Shown one piece after another: positions 32,586 through 42,204 of a DNA stretch of 64,000 nucleotides (positions are counted from its first letter, which is position 1; each line of letters begins with the position of its first letter). The notes beneath the pieces are model-generated. The model ran no database searches. It had not been told where the DNA came from and worked only from the letters and a program-made list of their open reading frames with translations. Source of the stretch: a bacterium (GTDB lineage: Bacteria; UBA8248); assembly GCA_965261085.1 (NCBI GenBank), contig OZ253442.1, positions 448,001 to 512,000 on the forward strand, in the 5' to 3' direction. The position numbers were made by a program, and so were the translations under genes.

Positions 32586-33614
32586 ATGAGCATGAACGAC
32601 CTGGCGAAAATCGCCAACCAGATGGTGGCGCCTGGCAAAGGCATCCTCGCGGCGGACGAGAGCACGGGCACGATTCAAAAGCGCCTCGACAGCATCGGCA
32701 TCGAATCCACCGAGGAGAACCGGCGCGCCTATCGCGAGCTTCTCTTCACGACGGAGGGAATCGAGGAATACATCAGCGGCGTCATCCTCTTCGACGAAAC
32801 GCTGCGCCAGAGCGCGGCGGGCGGAACGAACTTCGGCGCGCTGCTCGCCTCGCGCGGCATCCTCCCCGGCATCAAGGTCGACATGGGCGCCAAGGATCTG
32901 GCTTTCGCCCCGGAGGAGAAGGTCACCGAGGGTCTCGACGGCCTGCGCGAGCGGCTGGCGGAATACGCCTCCCTGGGCGCTGCGTTCACCAAATGGCGCG
33001 CCGTCATCTCCATCGGCGAGGGAATCCCCTCGGCGTATTGCATCGAGGCCAACGCGCACGGCCTCGCGCGCTACGCGGCGCTCTCCCAGGAAGCGGGCCT
33101 CGTGCCCATCGTGGAGCCCGAGGTGCTCATGGACGCGGACAACACCATCGAGGTCTGCGAGGAGGTGACGAACGAAACGCTCGAGAGCGTCTTCCACGCC
33201 TTACACCGGCACCGCGTCTCGCTCGAGGGCATGATCCTGAAACCCAACATGGTGATCTCGGGCAAAAAATGCCCGACCCAGGCGGGCGTGCAGGAAGTGG
33301 CCGAAGCCACGGTGCGCTCTCTCACCAGAAACGTGCCCGCCGCCGTGCCCGGCATCTGCTTCCTCTCGGGCGGGCAGAGCGACGCCGTCGCCACCGCGCA
33401 CTTAAATGCGATGAACGCGATGGCCCCCCACCCCTGGGAGCTCAGCTTCTCCTACGGGCGCGCGCTGCAGGCGCCGGCGCTCAAGGGCTGGGGCGGCGAG
33501 GCGGCGAACGTAGCCCTCGCCCAGAGACTCTTCCTCCATCGCTGCAAGTGCAACGGCGCCGCGCGCACAGGAGCGTATGAGGACGCGATGGAAAAAGAAG
33601 CCGCCGCCGCGTAG
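32586..33614 (+). CDS. Class I fructose-bisphosphate aldolase (eukaryote-like glycolytic family)
   Basis: KGILAADES, KWRAV, VPIVEPEV, LKPNMV, FLSGGQS, FSYGRALQ. Confidence 0.96.
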   Translation: MSMNDLAKIANQMVAPGKGILAADESTGTIQKRLDSIGIESTEENRRAYRELLFTTEGIEEYISGVILFDETLRQSAAGGTNFGALLASRGILPGIKVDMGAKDLAFAPEEKVTEGLDGLRERLAEYASLGAAFTKWRAVISIGEGIPSAYCIEANAHGLARYAALSQEAGLVPIVEPEVLMDADNTIEVCEEVTNETLESVFHALHRHRVSLEGMILKPNMVISGKKCPTQAGVQEVAEATVRSLTRNVPAAVPGICFLSGGQSDAVATAHLNAMNAMAPHPWELSFSYGRALQAPALKGWGGEAANVALAQRLFLHRCKCNGAARTGAYEDAMEKEAAAA

Positions 33615-33652
33615 CCTGGCAAGCGACCGCCCACCAAGGAGCAAGAGAGAGG

Positions 33653-34693
33653 ATGCAGCAGGAAACCACCACCGCCGGCACCACGAAATTCAGGGGAATG
33701 ACGCTCGAGCGCCACATTCGCGAGGAAGAAAGAAACCACCCGGGCGCGCGGGGTCTCTTCACCCGCCTCGTCACGCAGATCACCCTGGCCGCCAAGATCA
33801 TCAACGCCGAAGTCAACAAGGCGGGCCTCGTGGACATCCTCGGGCTGACCGGCGAGGTCAACGTGCAGGGCGAAGAAGTCCAGAAACTCGATGAATACGC
33901 CAACGAGGTGATGAGAAAGGCCCTCGACCACACCGGCTCGGTGGCCGCCCTGGCGAGCGAGGAGATGGAAGAGGTCTATGCCGTCCCCGGCGAATACATC
34001 GAGGGGGGCGAGTACGTGGTGCTCTACGACCCTCTGGACGGCTCCTCGAACATCGACGTGAACGTGAGCATCGGCTCGATTTTCTCCATCCTGCGCCGCA
34101 AGGGCGAGAGCGGCCCCACGGCGCTCGACGACTTCCTCCAGCCGGGCTTGGCGCAGATTTGCTCGGGCTACGTCATCTACGGTTCATCCACCATGCTGGT
34201 CTACACCACCGGCAACGGCGTCGACGGATTCACGCTCGACCCCTCGGTGGGCGAGTTCTTCCTCTCCCATCCCAACATCCAGATTCCCGAACGAGGGAAG
34301 ATTTACAGCATCAACGAGGGCAATTCCTCGAAATGGAACGAATCGACCTCCCGCTACGTCGCATACCTAAAAGAGGAAGACGCCGAATCGGGCCGTCCCT
34401 ATTCGGGGCGCTACATCGGCTCGCTGGTGGCCGATTTCCACAGAAACCTCCTCAAGGGCGGCATCTTCCTCTATCCGGGCGACAAGAAAAAACCCAACGG
34501 CAAGCTGCGCCTCCTTTACGAGTGCAACCCCATATCCTTCATCGCGGAACAAGCCGGCGGAGCAGCGAGCGACGGCTACCGCAGGGTGATGGAAATCCAG
34601 CCCGAAAAGCTGCACCAGCGCATTCCTTTCATCGTCGGAAGCAAGCGCGACGTCGCCGACGCCACCCGCTTCATTTCCAGAGGAGAGGATTAA
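33653..34693 (+). CDS. fbp: Class 1 fructose-1,6-bisphosphatase
   Basis: NVQGEEVQKLD, DPLDGSSNIDVN, RYIGSLVADFHR, GKLRLLYE. Confidence 0.97.
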   Translation: MQQETTTAGTTKFRGMTLERHIREEERNHPGARGLFTRLVTQITLAAKIINAEVNKAGLVDILGLTGEVNVQGEEVQKLDEYANEVMRKALDHTGSVAALASEEMEEVYAVPGEYIEGGEYVVLYDPLDGSSNIDVNVSIGSIFSILRRKGESGPTALDDFLQPGLAQICSGYVIYGSSTMLVYTTGNGVDGFTLDPSVGEFFLSHPNIQIPERGKIYSINEGNSSKWNESTSRYVAYLKEEDAESGRPYSGRYIGSLVADFHRNLLKGGIFLYPGDKKKPNGKLRLLYECNPISFIAEQAGGAASDGYRRVMEIQPEKLHQRIPFIVGSKRDVADATRFISRGED

Positions 34694-35592
34694 TGCAGAC
34701 CCATCGCTTCGCTTTTTTATTCCTCGTCATCTTTGCGCTCACCGGCTGCGTGGGCATCGAAGACTATGAGCGAAAAACGGATGAAGCAGCGGGCCTCAGG
34801 GGCGAAATCACAAAAACTGAGGACCAGATCAAGGAACTTCACGTCAAGATCGAAGAACTCGAAGGGCGAATCAAACAAAAAGACCTGGAAAACCAGGAGC
34901 TCAGTCAGTCCCTCACCATGGCCAGGCGCCACAGCCAACAGACGGAGACGCGCGTGGCCGACCTGCGCGCGCAGATGAATTCCCAGCAAACGCAGCAAAC
35001 CGAGAGCGCCAAGAAAGCCATACGTTTCGAGCGCGCATACAACGCCGGTATCAAGCGGGTTCGTAAACTGCAGAAAAACCTCGTCGCCATGCATAAGAAA
35101 CTCCTGCGCTTCGAGGACCGGATTCGTTTCCAGATTCAGCTCGAAAAAGACATGAAAGCCCAGTTGGAAAGAGAACGCCGCCGCGGAATCGTGGAGGTGC
35201 GCCGCGCGGGCGACCGGGTCGTGATCAGCATTGCGAGCGCCATCCTCTTCAAGTCGGGAAGCGCCAAAGTCCGCTCCGAAAGCAAGGCCCTGCTCGTTAA
35301 ATTCTCAAGCCTCCTGCGCCGCTACGCGAACCGCGAGGTGCAGGTGCAGGGGCATACCGACAACGTGCAGATATCCGATCGTTTGGCGGAGCGCTGGGAG
35401 ACGAATTGGGAGCTTTCCGCCGCGCGCGCCACGCGGGTGCTGCGCTACTTCGTCGAGGTGGGAAACCTCGAACCGCGCAGGGTCTCGGGGGCGGGAATGG
35501 GCGAGTATCGTCCGGTCGCCGACAACAATACGCGCAATGGCCGTCGGGCGAACCGACGAATCGAAATCGTCATCTTTCCCCCCGATTCCTAA
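34693..35592 (+). CDS. OmpA/MotB-domain lipoprotein with coiled coil
   Basis: LTGC lipobox, coiled coil, LFKSGSA, GHTDN, NWELSAARA, NRRIEI. Confidence 0.88.
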   Translation: MQTHRFAFLFLVIFALTGCVGIEDYERKTDEAAGLRGEITKTEDQIKELHVKIEELEGRIKQKDLENQELSQSLTMARRHSQQTETRVADLRAQMNSQQTQQTESAKKAIRFERAYNAGIKRVRKLQKNLVAMHKKLLRFEDRIRFQIQLEKDMKAQLERERRRGIVEVRRAGDRVVISIASAILFKSGSAKVRSESKALLVKFSSLLRRYANREVQVQGHTDNVQISDRLAERWETNWELSAARATRVLRYFVEVGNLEPRRVSGAGMGEYRPVADNNTRNGRRANRRIEIVIFPPDS

Positions 35593-35633
35593 GAGGCGAG
35601 CCTCTCTCGCCGCGACCTGAGAAAGGACTTTTC

Positions 35634-36296
35634 TTGATCCTCGAGCGGATACCCGTCGGCCCGTTTCAGATGAACAGCTACGTCTTGGGCTGTGAAGAGA
35701 CGAAAGAGGGCGCCTACATCGACCCGGGCGCGGAGGTGGAGCGCGTCATCGCGGTCGCGCGCGAACACGGCCTCACCCTCACCAAGATCATCGGCACCCA
35801 TGCGCACCTGGATCACGCCGAGGGCGTCGCCGAAGCGAAGGAAAAGCTCAGGGTTCCCTACTGGCTCCACGAGGCGGAACTCTTCAACCTGCGCAACATG
35901 CCGAACGCGGCGCGCGGCTACGGGTTCCCCGAGCCGCCGGTTCCCGAGGTGGACGCGCACCTCGCGCCGGGCGAGACGATTTCGGTCGGAAACCTGGAAT
36001 TCGAGATCAGGCTCACCGACGGGCACGCCCCCGGCAACGTCACCCTGTACCGGCCGGGGGACGGGACGGAGGCGGGGCACGCCATCGTGGGCGACGCGCT
36101 GTTTGCGGGTTCGATCGGGCGAACCGACCTCTACATGGGTGATGCGAACGTGCTACTCAACAGCATCCGCACGCAACTGCTCACCCTCCCGCCCGAGACC
36201 ATGGTGCACCCGGGCCACGGGCCTGAGACCACCATCGGCCACGAGAAATCCACCAACCCCTTCTGCCGGCCCGGAGCCGAAAAATTTCTGGCTTAA
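35634..36296 (+). CDS. MBL-fold metallo-hydrolase (glyoxalase II-like)
   Basis: THAHLDH, GHAPG, GDALFAGSIGRTD, PGHG; TTG start after AAAGGA. Confidence 0.92.
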   Translation: MILERIPVGPFQMNSYVLGCEETKEGAYIDPGAEVERVIAVAREHGLTLTKIIGTHAHLDHAEGVAEAKEKLRVPYWLHEAELFNLRNMPNAARGYGFPEPPVPEVDAHLAPGETISVGNLEFEIRLTDGHAPGNVTLYRPGDGTEAGHAIVGDALFAGSIGRTDLYMGDANVLLNSIRTQLLTLPPETMVHPGHGPETTIGHEKSTNPFCRPGAEKFLA

Positions 36297-36337
36297 GCCC
36301 GGACGCCCCCCAAGCGCATCCCCATCTCGGAGGCGGG

Positions 36338-36841
36338 GTGAAATTCTGCGTCTCCTGCGGAAGCCCGCTCGTCTATCGCCCCTGGACGGAGGGAGACGAC
36401 ACCATGCAGCTTTGCTGCAGCGCGGCCTCGTGCAACCACGTCCATTTCTTGGACCCCAAGGTGGCGGCGGGCGTCGTGGCGACCATCGGGGGAGAGGCCG
36501 TGCTCGTGCGGCGCGCCCACAACCCCGGCAAGGGACTCTGGACCTTCCCGGGCGGTTTCGTGAACCGGGGCGAAGTGGTCTCCGCCGCCGCCGCGCGCGA
36601 GGCGAAAGAAGAAGCGGGAATCGAGGTGGAAGTGGATTCGCTCCTGGGGGTGTACTCCTTCGAGGGAAACGCCACCGTGCTCATCGTCTACACGGGCGCC
36701 GTAACGTCCGGCTCCCCCCGCGCCCTGTCCGAGACCACCGAAGTCAAGCTCGTCTCGCCCGATGCGATCGACTTTGGTGAACTCGCCTTCGACACCACCC
36801 GCGCCGCCATGCGCGACTGGCAAGCGAGTGTGCGCGGGTAG
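36338..36841 (+). CDS. NUDIX hydrolase with N-terminal Zn ribbon
   Basis: FCVSCG...C; Nudix box GGFVNRGE....AAAREAKEEAG. Confidence 0.92.
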   Translation: MKFCVSCGSPLVYRPWTEGDDTMQLCCSAASCNHVHFLDPKVAAGVVATIGGEAVLVRRAHNPGKGLWTFPGGFVNRGEVVSAAAAREAKEEAGIEVEVDSLLGVYSFEGNATVLIVYTGAVTSGSPRALSETTEVKLVSPDAIDFGELAFDTTRAAMRDWQASVRG

Positions 36842-36856
36842 GGGCAACAAGCCGTA

Positions 36857-36905
36857 GTAGGGACAAATCCCTTCTCGGGGTCGTCCCACAGGTCGTGACC
36901 TGTCC
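36857..36905 (+). repeat. REP element, left of RAYT
   Basis: GTAGGGAC-initiated hairpin plus ACAGGTCGTGACCTGT palindrome; 44/49 nt identical to 37451-37499. Confidence 0.85.
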
Positions 36906-36941
36906 CCAAAAACCATAGGATGAAAACCAGGATTTTGGAAG

Positions 36942-37454
36942 ATGAAAAACCGACGGCTGAACAGGATGGGGGGATATGATTATTCCCAGGCCGGATGTTA
37001 TTTCGTGACGATTTGCGCACAGGACAGGCAATGTTTGTTCGGCGAAATCATCGACGACAAGATGGTTTTGAACGAGGCGGGCAGGAGAGTTGTCAATTGG
37101 TGGAGGGAAACAGAGAACAAATTTCCCCATGTCGAATTGGATGAATATGTCCTCATGCCGAATCACCTGCATGGCATCGTGATCATTCATGGCGCGTTTC
37201 AGGACAGGTCGCGACCTGTCCCTACGAGAACCACGAAAACCAAATCATTATCTGAATTGATCGGCGCGTTCAAAACCACGTCGTCGAAACAAATACGTGA
37301 AAACGGCTTCGCCTCTTTCAAATGGCAACGATCGTTTCACGACCACATCGTCCGCGATGATGACGATCTCAACCGGGTTCGAGAATATATCCTGAACAAC
37401 CCGCTTCAATGGGCGCTCGATGCGGAAAACCCGGACAATCGGGCAGGGTTGTAG
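36942..37454 (+). mobile_element. REP-associated tyrosine transposase (RAYT, Y1 HUH family)
   Basis: YFVTIC, MPNHLH (HUH), WQRSFHDHIVR, YILNNP; flanked by GTAG REPs, with an internal REP at 37201-37225. Confidence 0.92.
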
Positions 37455-37532
37455 GGACGAACCCCTACTCGGGGCCGTCCCACAGGTCGCGACCTGTCCG
37501 AAAAAGGGACAACCACGGGGGGTTGTCCCTAC
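37451..37532 (+). repeat. REP doublet, right of RAYT
   Basis: GTAGGGAC...GTCCC, ACAGGTCGCGACCTGT, then AGGGACAACC...GGTTGTCCCTAC. Confidence 0.85.
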
Positions 37533-37675
37533 GTTGTCCTTACCGCTCCCCCCCTATTCTCATCGCGCGGGCGATCGTATAATCCGGCCTCCTGAGAATT
37601 TTCATGTCTTTTAGACCCATGAGGGGCGCGCGCGGCGCGGCCGGGGCCGCCCCTTTTCGCATGAGGAGACGATAG

Positions 37676-38353
37676 ATGACGCTATCTGGTGAAACGCTCG
37701 CAAAGTTGAGAGAAATCGACACGCCCACGGTGTCGAACGCGGTGGAATCCTTCGGCGTGCGCCCGAGGACGCTGGGCCATACCGACGCGAGCATCGAGTG
37801 CATGTTCCCCGATATGGGCGTGGCGCTGGGCTACGCCGTGACGTTCACGACCAGCGAGTACGCCCCGGGCGAGGAGCGCACGCACACATCGCGCATCGCG
37901 CTCTATGAGGCCGTGGCCGCCGCGCCCAAGCCCTGCGTTCTCGTGCAACAGGACGTCGGCCCCAGGCAGCACTCGGCGTGCCTTTGGGGGGAAATCATGT
38001 CGAACCTCTTCTCGCGCCTGGGGGCGGAGGGCGTGGTGACGAACGGGGTGGTGCGCGACCTGGAAGCCATGCGCGAGGCGGGCTTCAAGACCTGGTGCGC
38101 GGGCATGACGGTCTCGCGCGGCGACGTGCGCGTGGTGGCGGTGAACACGCCGGTCGCCGTCGGCGGGATGGCCGTGGTTCCGGGCGATCTGATCCACGCG
38201 GACGGCGGTGGCGCGGTGGTCGTGCCCAAGGAAATCGCGGCGGAGGTTCCCGAAACCGCAGAACGCGTGCTCGCCAAAGAAGCGGGACTCCTCTCCGCCA
38301 TCCGCGCGGATGACTTCAGCCTGGAGGATTTGGTGAAGAGGTTTTATTCGTAG
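37676..38353 (+). CDS. RraA family / HMG aldolase-like protein
   Basis: DTPTVSNA, GYAVT, WGEIM, GVVTNGVVRD, PGDLIHAD. Confidence 0.9.
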   Translation: MTLSGETLAKLREIDTPTVSNAVESFGVRPRTLGHTDASIECMFPDMGVALGYAVTFTTSEYAPGEERTHTSRIALYEAVAAAPKPCVLVQQDVGPRQHSACLWGEIMSNLFSRLGAEGVVTNGVVRDLEAMREAGFKTWCAGMTVSRGDVRVVAVNTPVAVGGMAVVPGDLIHADGGGAVVVPKEIAAEVPETAERVLAKEAGLLSAIRADDFSLEDLVKRFYS

Positions 38354-38620
38354 GAGGGGGGGAGGGGCAAACCCATGTGTCCGCGCTCGAGTTTTATTTT
38401 CTGCAACATGTAATAAAAAACGAAAGCGGATTCGTTAAAATTCCTGCGCATCCTAGTGGCTCCCTGCCGAACCATCGTGTAGCCTCCTCCAATGTCCGGC
38501 TCCGATTCCACGATATTCGCCATCCTGATTCCTGAATCGGGGTTTTTGTGGTTCAATAGGACGGCTGGGAGTTTTTGGAGACGAGATAATACATGCAAGA
38601 CTAAATTAGTGAGCAACTCG

Positions 38621-39064
38621 ATGAGACACACACCGCTAAAAGCCCTAGATGGGAGTCTTACAAAGCAGAAGTATGGTGCTGTTAATCATCGAGTGTATGG
38701 TTTTGAACTCGTTCTTGACCTTCACGGGTGTGAAGCCGAGCTTTTCAACAGAGATTATATCGACAAGTTCTTTACTGATCTTTGCGAATTGATTGAAATG
38801 GAAAGGTGCGAAGTCCACTTCTGGGATGACGTAGGTGTTCCCGAGGAAGAACAGCAGACGTTGCCGCACACTAAAGGCACTTCAGCCGTCTGTTTCATTT
38901 TGACGAGTACAATCGTCATTCACACGTTGGATATTCTAGGCGCAGTGTACGTGAATATCTTTTCGTGTAAACCTTTTGAGCCGGATGTAGCGGCGGAATT
39001 CACAAGCAAACGGTTCAAGGCAGCATCCTGCAAAAAGACCTTTATTGAACGCACATTACGATAG
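38621..39064 (+). CDS. S-adenosylmethionine decarboxylase-like (SpeD/SpeH-fold) pyruvoyl proenzyme
   Basis: YGFELVLDLHGC, GTSAVCFILTSTIVIHT (T-S-T in place of canonical E-S-H), YVNIFSCKPF. Confidence 0.82.
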   Translation: MRHTPLKALDGSLTKQKYGAVNHRVYGFELVLDLHGCEAELFNRDYIDKFFTDLCELIEMERCEVHFWDDVGVPEEEQQTLPHTKGTSAVCFILTSTIVIHTLDILGAVYVNIFSCKPFEPDVAAEFTSKRFKAASCKKTFIERTLR

Positions 39065-39071
39065 GTGGTAT

Positions 39072-40454
39072 GTGGAGAATGAATTGCTTTTAAGAGAACT
39101 GGAACTTGACCTACCAGTAGCACTTGATAGACAGAATGCGCTTACACAAATTCGAGAGGCCATACGATTTCGGTTGCCTACCCACATCGTACCTCTTAGA
39201 TTCGCCATTACGAAATCAGGTGGTAGCCGTGTTAGTTGTGCGATCAGTAGCCTGGAGGCATCGCCTGAATCTGGCGATGCCGCGAACATTTCGATATTAG
39301 AATTTGTTCCGCGCAAGTATGAGAATACGAACCGGTTTAATGTCGTATTTTTGATTCCAACAGGCATAGGTGCCGAAATTGGTGGCCATGCGGGTGATGC
39401 TACGCCGGCCGCACGGTTGATTGCCGAAACTTGCGACACATTGATTTTGCACCCCAATGTTGTCAACGCATCCGACATTAACGAGATGCCAGCTAATTCT
39501 CTGTATGTCGAAGGTAGCGTAATCGCTCGGTTGTTGATGGGCACCATTGGCCTTGTTCCGACACGAGCGAACCGGGTGTTGGTCATTCTTGATGCCCATA
39601 AAGACGAGTTGTTCGTCAACGCCGCTGTCAATGCGGTGAGTGCAGCACGCTCATCTTACGGTCTGGTTAGCCCCGAAGTGATTAAACTTTTCCCACCCGT
39701 GAGGATGAGGGCTGAGTATACCGATTTTGGTACCGCTGCCGGCGAAATTAGCGGTCTTGAGCGTGTTTTTGCAGTGCTAGAAGAACAAGAGGGGGAATAC
39801 GATGCAATTGCTATTTCCTCAGTGATCTCAGTCCCGGAGGAGTTCCACCAAGGATACTTCGATGCCGCAGGAGAGATGGTTAATCCTTGGGGCGGTGTCG
39901 AGGCCATGCTCACCCATGCCGTATCAAGCCGATTCAACGTACCATCGGCACATTCGCCGATGTTCGAGACTCAGGATATTGCGAATCGGGACCCAGGGGT
40001 AGTGGAGCCGCGTATGGCAGCGGAAGCAATTTCCCTCACATTTTTCGAGAGTGTTTTGAAGGGACTTCACAAAAGTCCGCGAATCGTTACCGATTCATCC
40101 CAAGTATCCGATCCCGGTGTCATATCGGCATCTGACGTTTCGTGTTTAGTGATTCCTGACGGTTGTGTAGGTTTACCAACGCTAGCCGCGCTAGAACAGG
40201 GCATCCCGGTAGTAGCTGTGCGGGAAAACAAGAATCTAATGGAGAATGATCTGACCACGCTGCCTTGGCGATCCGACCAACTCCACATTGTTGAGAATTA
40301 TTGGGAGGCAGCAGGTGTACTCTGCGCGATTCGTGGAGGCATTGCGCCTGAGTCCGTTCGGCGGCCACTCTCACACACTCGGGTCACGACACGAAAGTTT
40401 GCCGACACCGAAAGTGAACAACATTCAGCGGAGAGAGCAAAACATTTCGGCTAA
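39072..40454 (+). CDS. DUF3326 domain protein with N-terminal extension
   Basis: IPTGIGAEIGGHAGDA, HPNVVN, LYVEG, NPWGGVEA, AHSP, PRMAAE, VENYWEAAG; GTG start 7 nt after the upstream stop. Confidence 0.82.
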   Translation: MENELLLRELELDLPVALDRQNALTQIREAIRFRLPTHIVPLRFAITKSGGSRVSCAISSLEASPESGDAANISILEFVPRKYENTNRFNVVFLIPTGIGAEIGGHAGDATPAARLIAETCDTLILHPNVVNASDINEMPANSLYVEGSVIARLLMGTIGLVPTRANRVLVILDAHKDELFVNAAVNAVSAARSSYGLVSPEVIKLFPPVRMRAEYTDFGTAAGEISGLERVFAVLEEQEGEYDAIAISSVISVPEEFHQGYFDAAGEMVNPWGGVEAMLTHAVSSRFNVPSAHSPMFETQDIANRDPGVVEPRMAAEAISLTFFESVLKGLHKSPRIVTDSSQVSDPGVISASDVSCLVIPDGCVGLPTLAALEQGIPVVAVRENKNLMENDLTTLPWRSDQLHIVENYWEAAGVLCAIRGGIAPESVRRPLSHTRVTTRKFADTESEQHSAERAKHFG

Positions 40455-40605
40455 AAAGTTGTACCAACATTACTCACTATCGAACTAAGCATACTCTTTT
40501 ATCAAGACTTACGCTTTAAATCTTAATAACGAATTTCCTTATTAAGCGTTTTCGCAACAAGGTTTACCCCCCCCCAATACCGCTCCGGCACGAAGGTCTG
40601 CTCGT

Positions 40606-40770
40606 TCACGGACGGGCATTGTAGAGGTTGGTGAGGCTATGAGCATTGAGTTCTCTCGCCGCCGTCCCGCCACGCGTGACCGAGCGTCCAGCCGGGTGTT
40701 GCAGGATAGGTAAGACATGATCCACCCTGGTTTTGCTCACAACTGTCTGTCAATTCCGCGGGTTAAGCGG
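40606..40770 (-). pseudogene. Decayed C-terminal fragment of an MmeI/YeeA-like (type IIL/IIG) DNA methyltransferase
   Basis: Minus strand reads ...LNP..., VDHV.P..., AARELNAHSLTNLYNARP*, resembling the conserved WLNPP...ELKKRTLTNLYNARP tail of this family; interrupted by stops/frameshift. Confidence 0.55.
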
Positions 40771-40896
40771 CGTCCGAGTTGAGATATCCTTGACTTTCAA
40801 GCAACATTGTTCCAAAAGGGCGTCTGGCAAAGTGGCTTGGATTATCCGGGACAGATCGGCTCGAAACTGACATAAAGAAAGGGTGGAGTTGCGCGA

Positions 40897-42204
40897 ATGT
40901 TCTACATTTCCCGCATACGGCTTTCCAACATCAAATGCTTTGAAGAAGTGGATATTAATCTCTCCCAACCGTCTCAGGACAACGCAAGTTGGACGCTGCT
41001 TCTCGGCGATAATGGCACGGGCAAGACGAGCCTTCTGCGTTCAATCGCCATGTGCCTTTGCGACAAGACAGGAGCCTCTGGTCTTCTGACCGAGTTGTCG
41101 GGGAACGTCATCCGTGATGGATACGATGAGGCTAAAATAGAGCTGAAACTTGTTTCCCCCACAGAGCCGGACGCAACCTACACGATAACCACGACATTTA
41201 AGAAAAATGATTCGAACACCGAGGATGTTGACCAAACAATCGAACCGGAAAAAGGTTTTTCTCGCGCGGAGCTACTCGCGTGTGGTTATGGGGCCGCGTT
41301 CGGCACCATTGGGAGTGAAGTCTTTGATCAATATCGCCTTATCGATGCCGTCTATTCCCTCTTTAATTACGCAGCCCGGCTTCAGAATCCCGAGAATGCG
41401 CTCTTCCGCATCTCGCGGGAGGGAGTCGACCTCAAACAACTACTGGAGCGGATCGATCGAATTTTAATGCTCCCAATCGGCTCTACTGCTTTGGACTCAT
41501 CCGGCCTCCGGGTTTGCGGGAAGTGGGGTGACTATGTTCCCGCAGGCGCGCTCGGCGATGGATACGCCGCAACGCTTTCATGGGTCTGTGACCTTCTTGG
41601 GTGGTCGCTTCTCGCTACCCGCAGCAAGTTCGACGTTCGTGTTCGGGGGATCGTGCTTCTCGACGAGATGGAAAGACATCTCCATCCATCGTGGCAGCGT
41701 GAAATAGTTGGGTTACTTGCCAGGGAATTTACCGGTGTTCAGTTCATCGCGAGCACACACGCGCCTCTGACCGTGATCGGGTCAGCCTCGCTTTCCGACG
41801 AATGCTGCCAGTTGATCCTCTTCGAACAGGGCCAGGATGGTGTCGAAGTTCAATCGGGCCTGAATCCACCGCGCGGTCGGCGTGCGGACCAAGTGCTCAC
41901 CTCGTACCTGTTTGGGTTGCCATCGACGACCAGCGATGACGTTATTCAGAAAATTGAGCGATATGCGAAATTGAAGCGATATGACTCATCGGACACTGAC
42001 ACTCGCGAGGAGATTGAAAACCTCCGTAAGTTCCTGACCGAGACGCTTGGAACGCCGGAGACGGAGTTGCAGCGCTCGGTGGAAAAAGCCGTTCATGACA
42101 CTTTGAACGCAATGCTACGGGAGGATTTGGACAGCGATGTGCTGAGGTGGGAGACGCGAAGACAACTCCGCGATTTGTTTGCTCCCAAGGGTAAGCACAT
42201 ATGA
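40897..42204 (+). CDS. ABC/AAA ATPase, Septu PtuA-like
   Basis: RLSNIKCF, Walker A GDNGTGKT, LGDGY signature, IVLLDEMERHLHPSWQR, STHAP. Confidence 0.88.
   Translation: MFYISRIRLSNIKCFEEVDINLSQPSQDNASWTLLLGDNGTGKTSLLRSIAMCLCDKTGASGLLTELSGNVIRDGYDEAKIELKLVSPTEPDATYTITTTFKKNDSNTEDVDQTIEPEKGFSRAELLACGYGAAFGTIGSEVFDQYRLIDAVYSLFNYAARLQNPENALFRISREGVDLKQLLERIDRILMLPIGSTALDSSGLRVCGKWGDYVPAGALGDGYAATLSWVCDLLGWSLLATRSKFDVRVRGIVLLDEMERHLHPSWQREIVGLLAREFTGVQFIASTHAPLTVIGSASLSDECCQLILFEQGQDGVEVQSGLNPPRGRRADQVLTSYLFGLPSTTSDDVIQKIERYAKLKRYDSSDTDTREEIENLRKFLTETLGTPETELQRSVEKAVHDTLNAMLREDLDSDVLRWETRRQLRDLFAPKGKHI

Noticed and set aside
36857-37532. CRISPR array
   Set aside because: The repeats flank a transposase, lack regular spacers and match GTAG REP structure; no cas genes are present.
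38354-40575. Tn3-like terminal inverted repeats (GGGGCAAACC / GGTTTACCCC) around the AdoMetDC-DUF3326 pair
   Set aside because: Only about 10 bp with a mismatch, in G/C runs; similarity does not extend and no target duplication was found.
40730-40772. Integron attC site (..CACAAC...GTTAAGC)
   Set aside because: Too short, poor R-box complementarity, no integrase and no second attC.
40560-40890. Retron msr/msd ncRNA upstream of the PtuAB-like pair
   Set aside because: No reverse transcriptase in the window and no convincing a1/a2 inverted repeats; the region is better explained as a decayed methyltransferase fragment.
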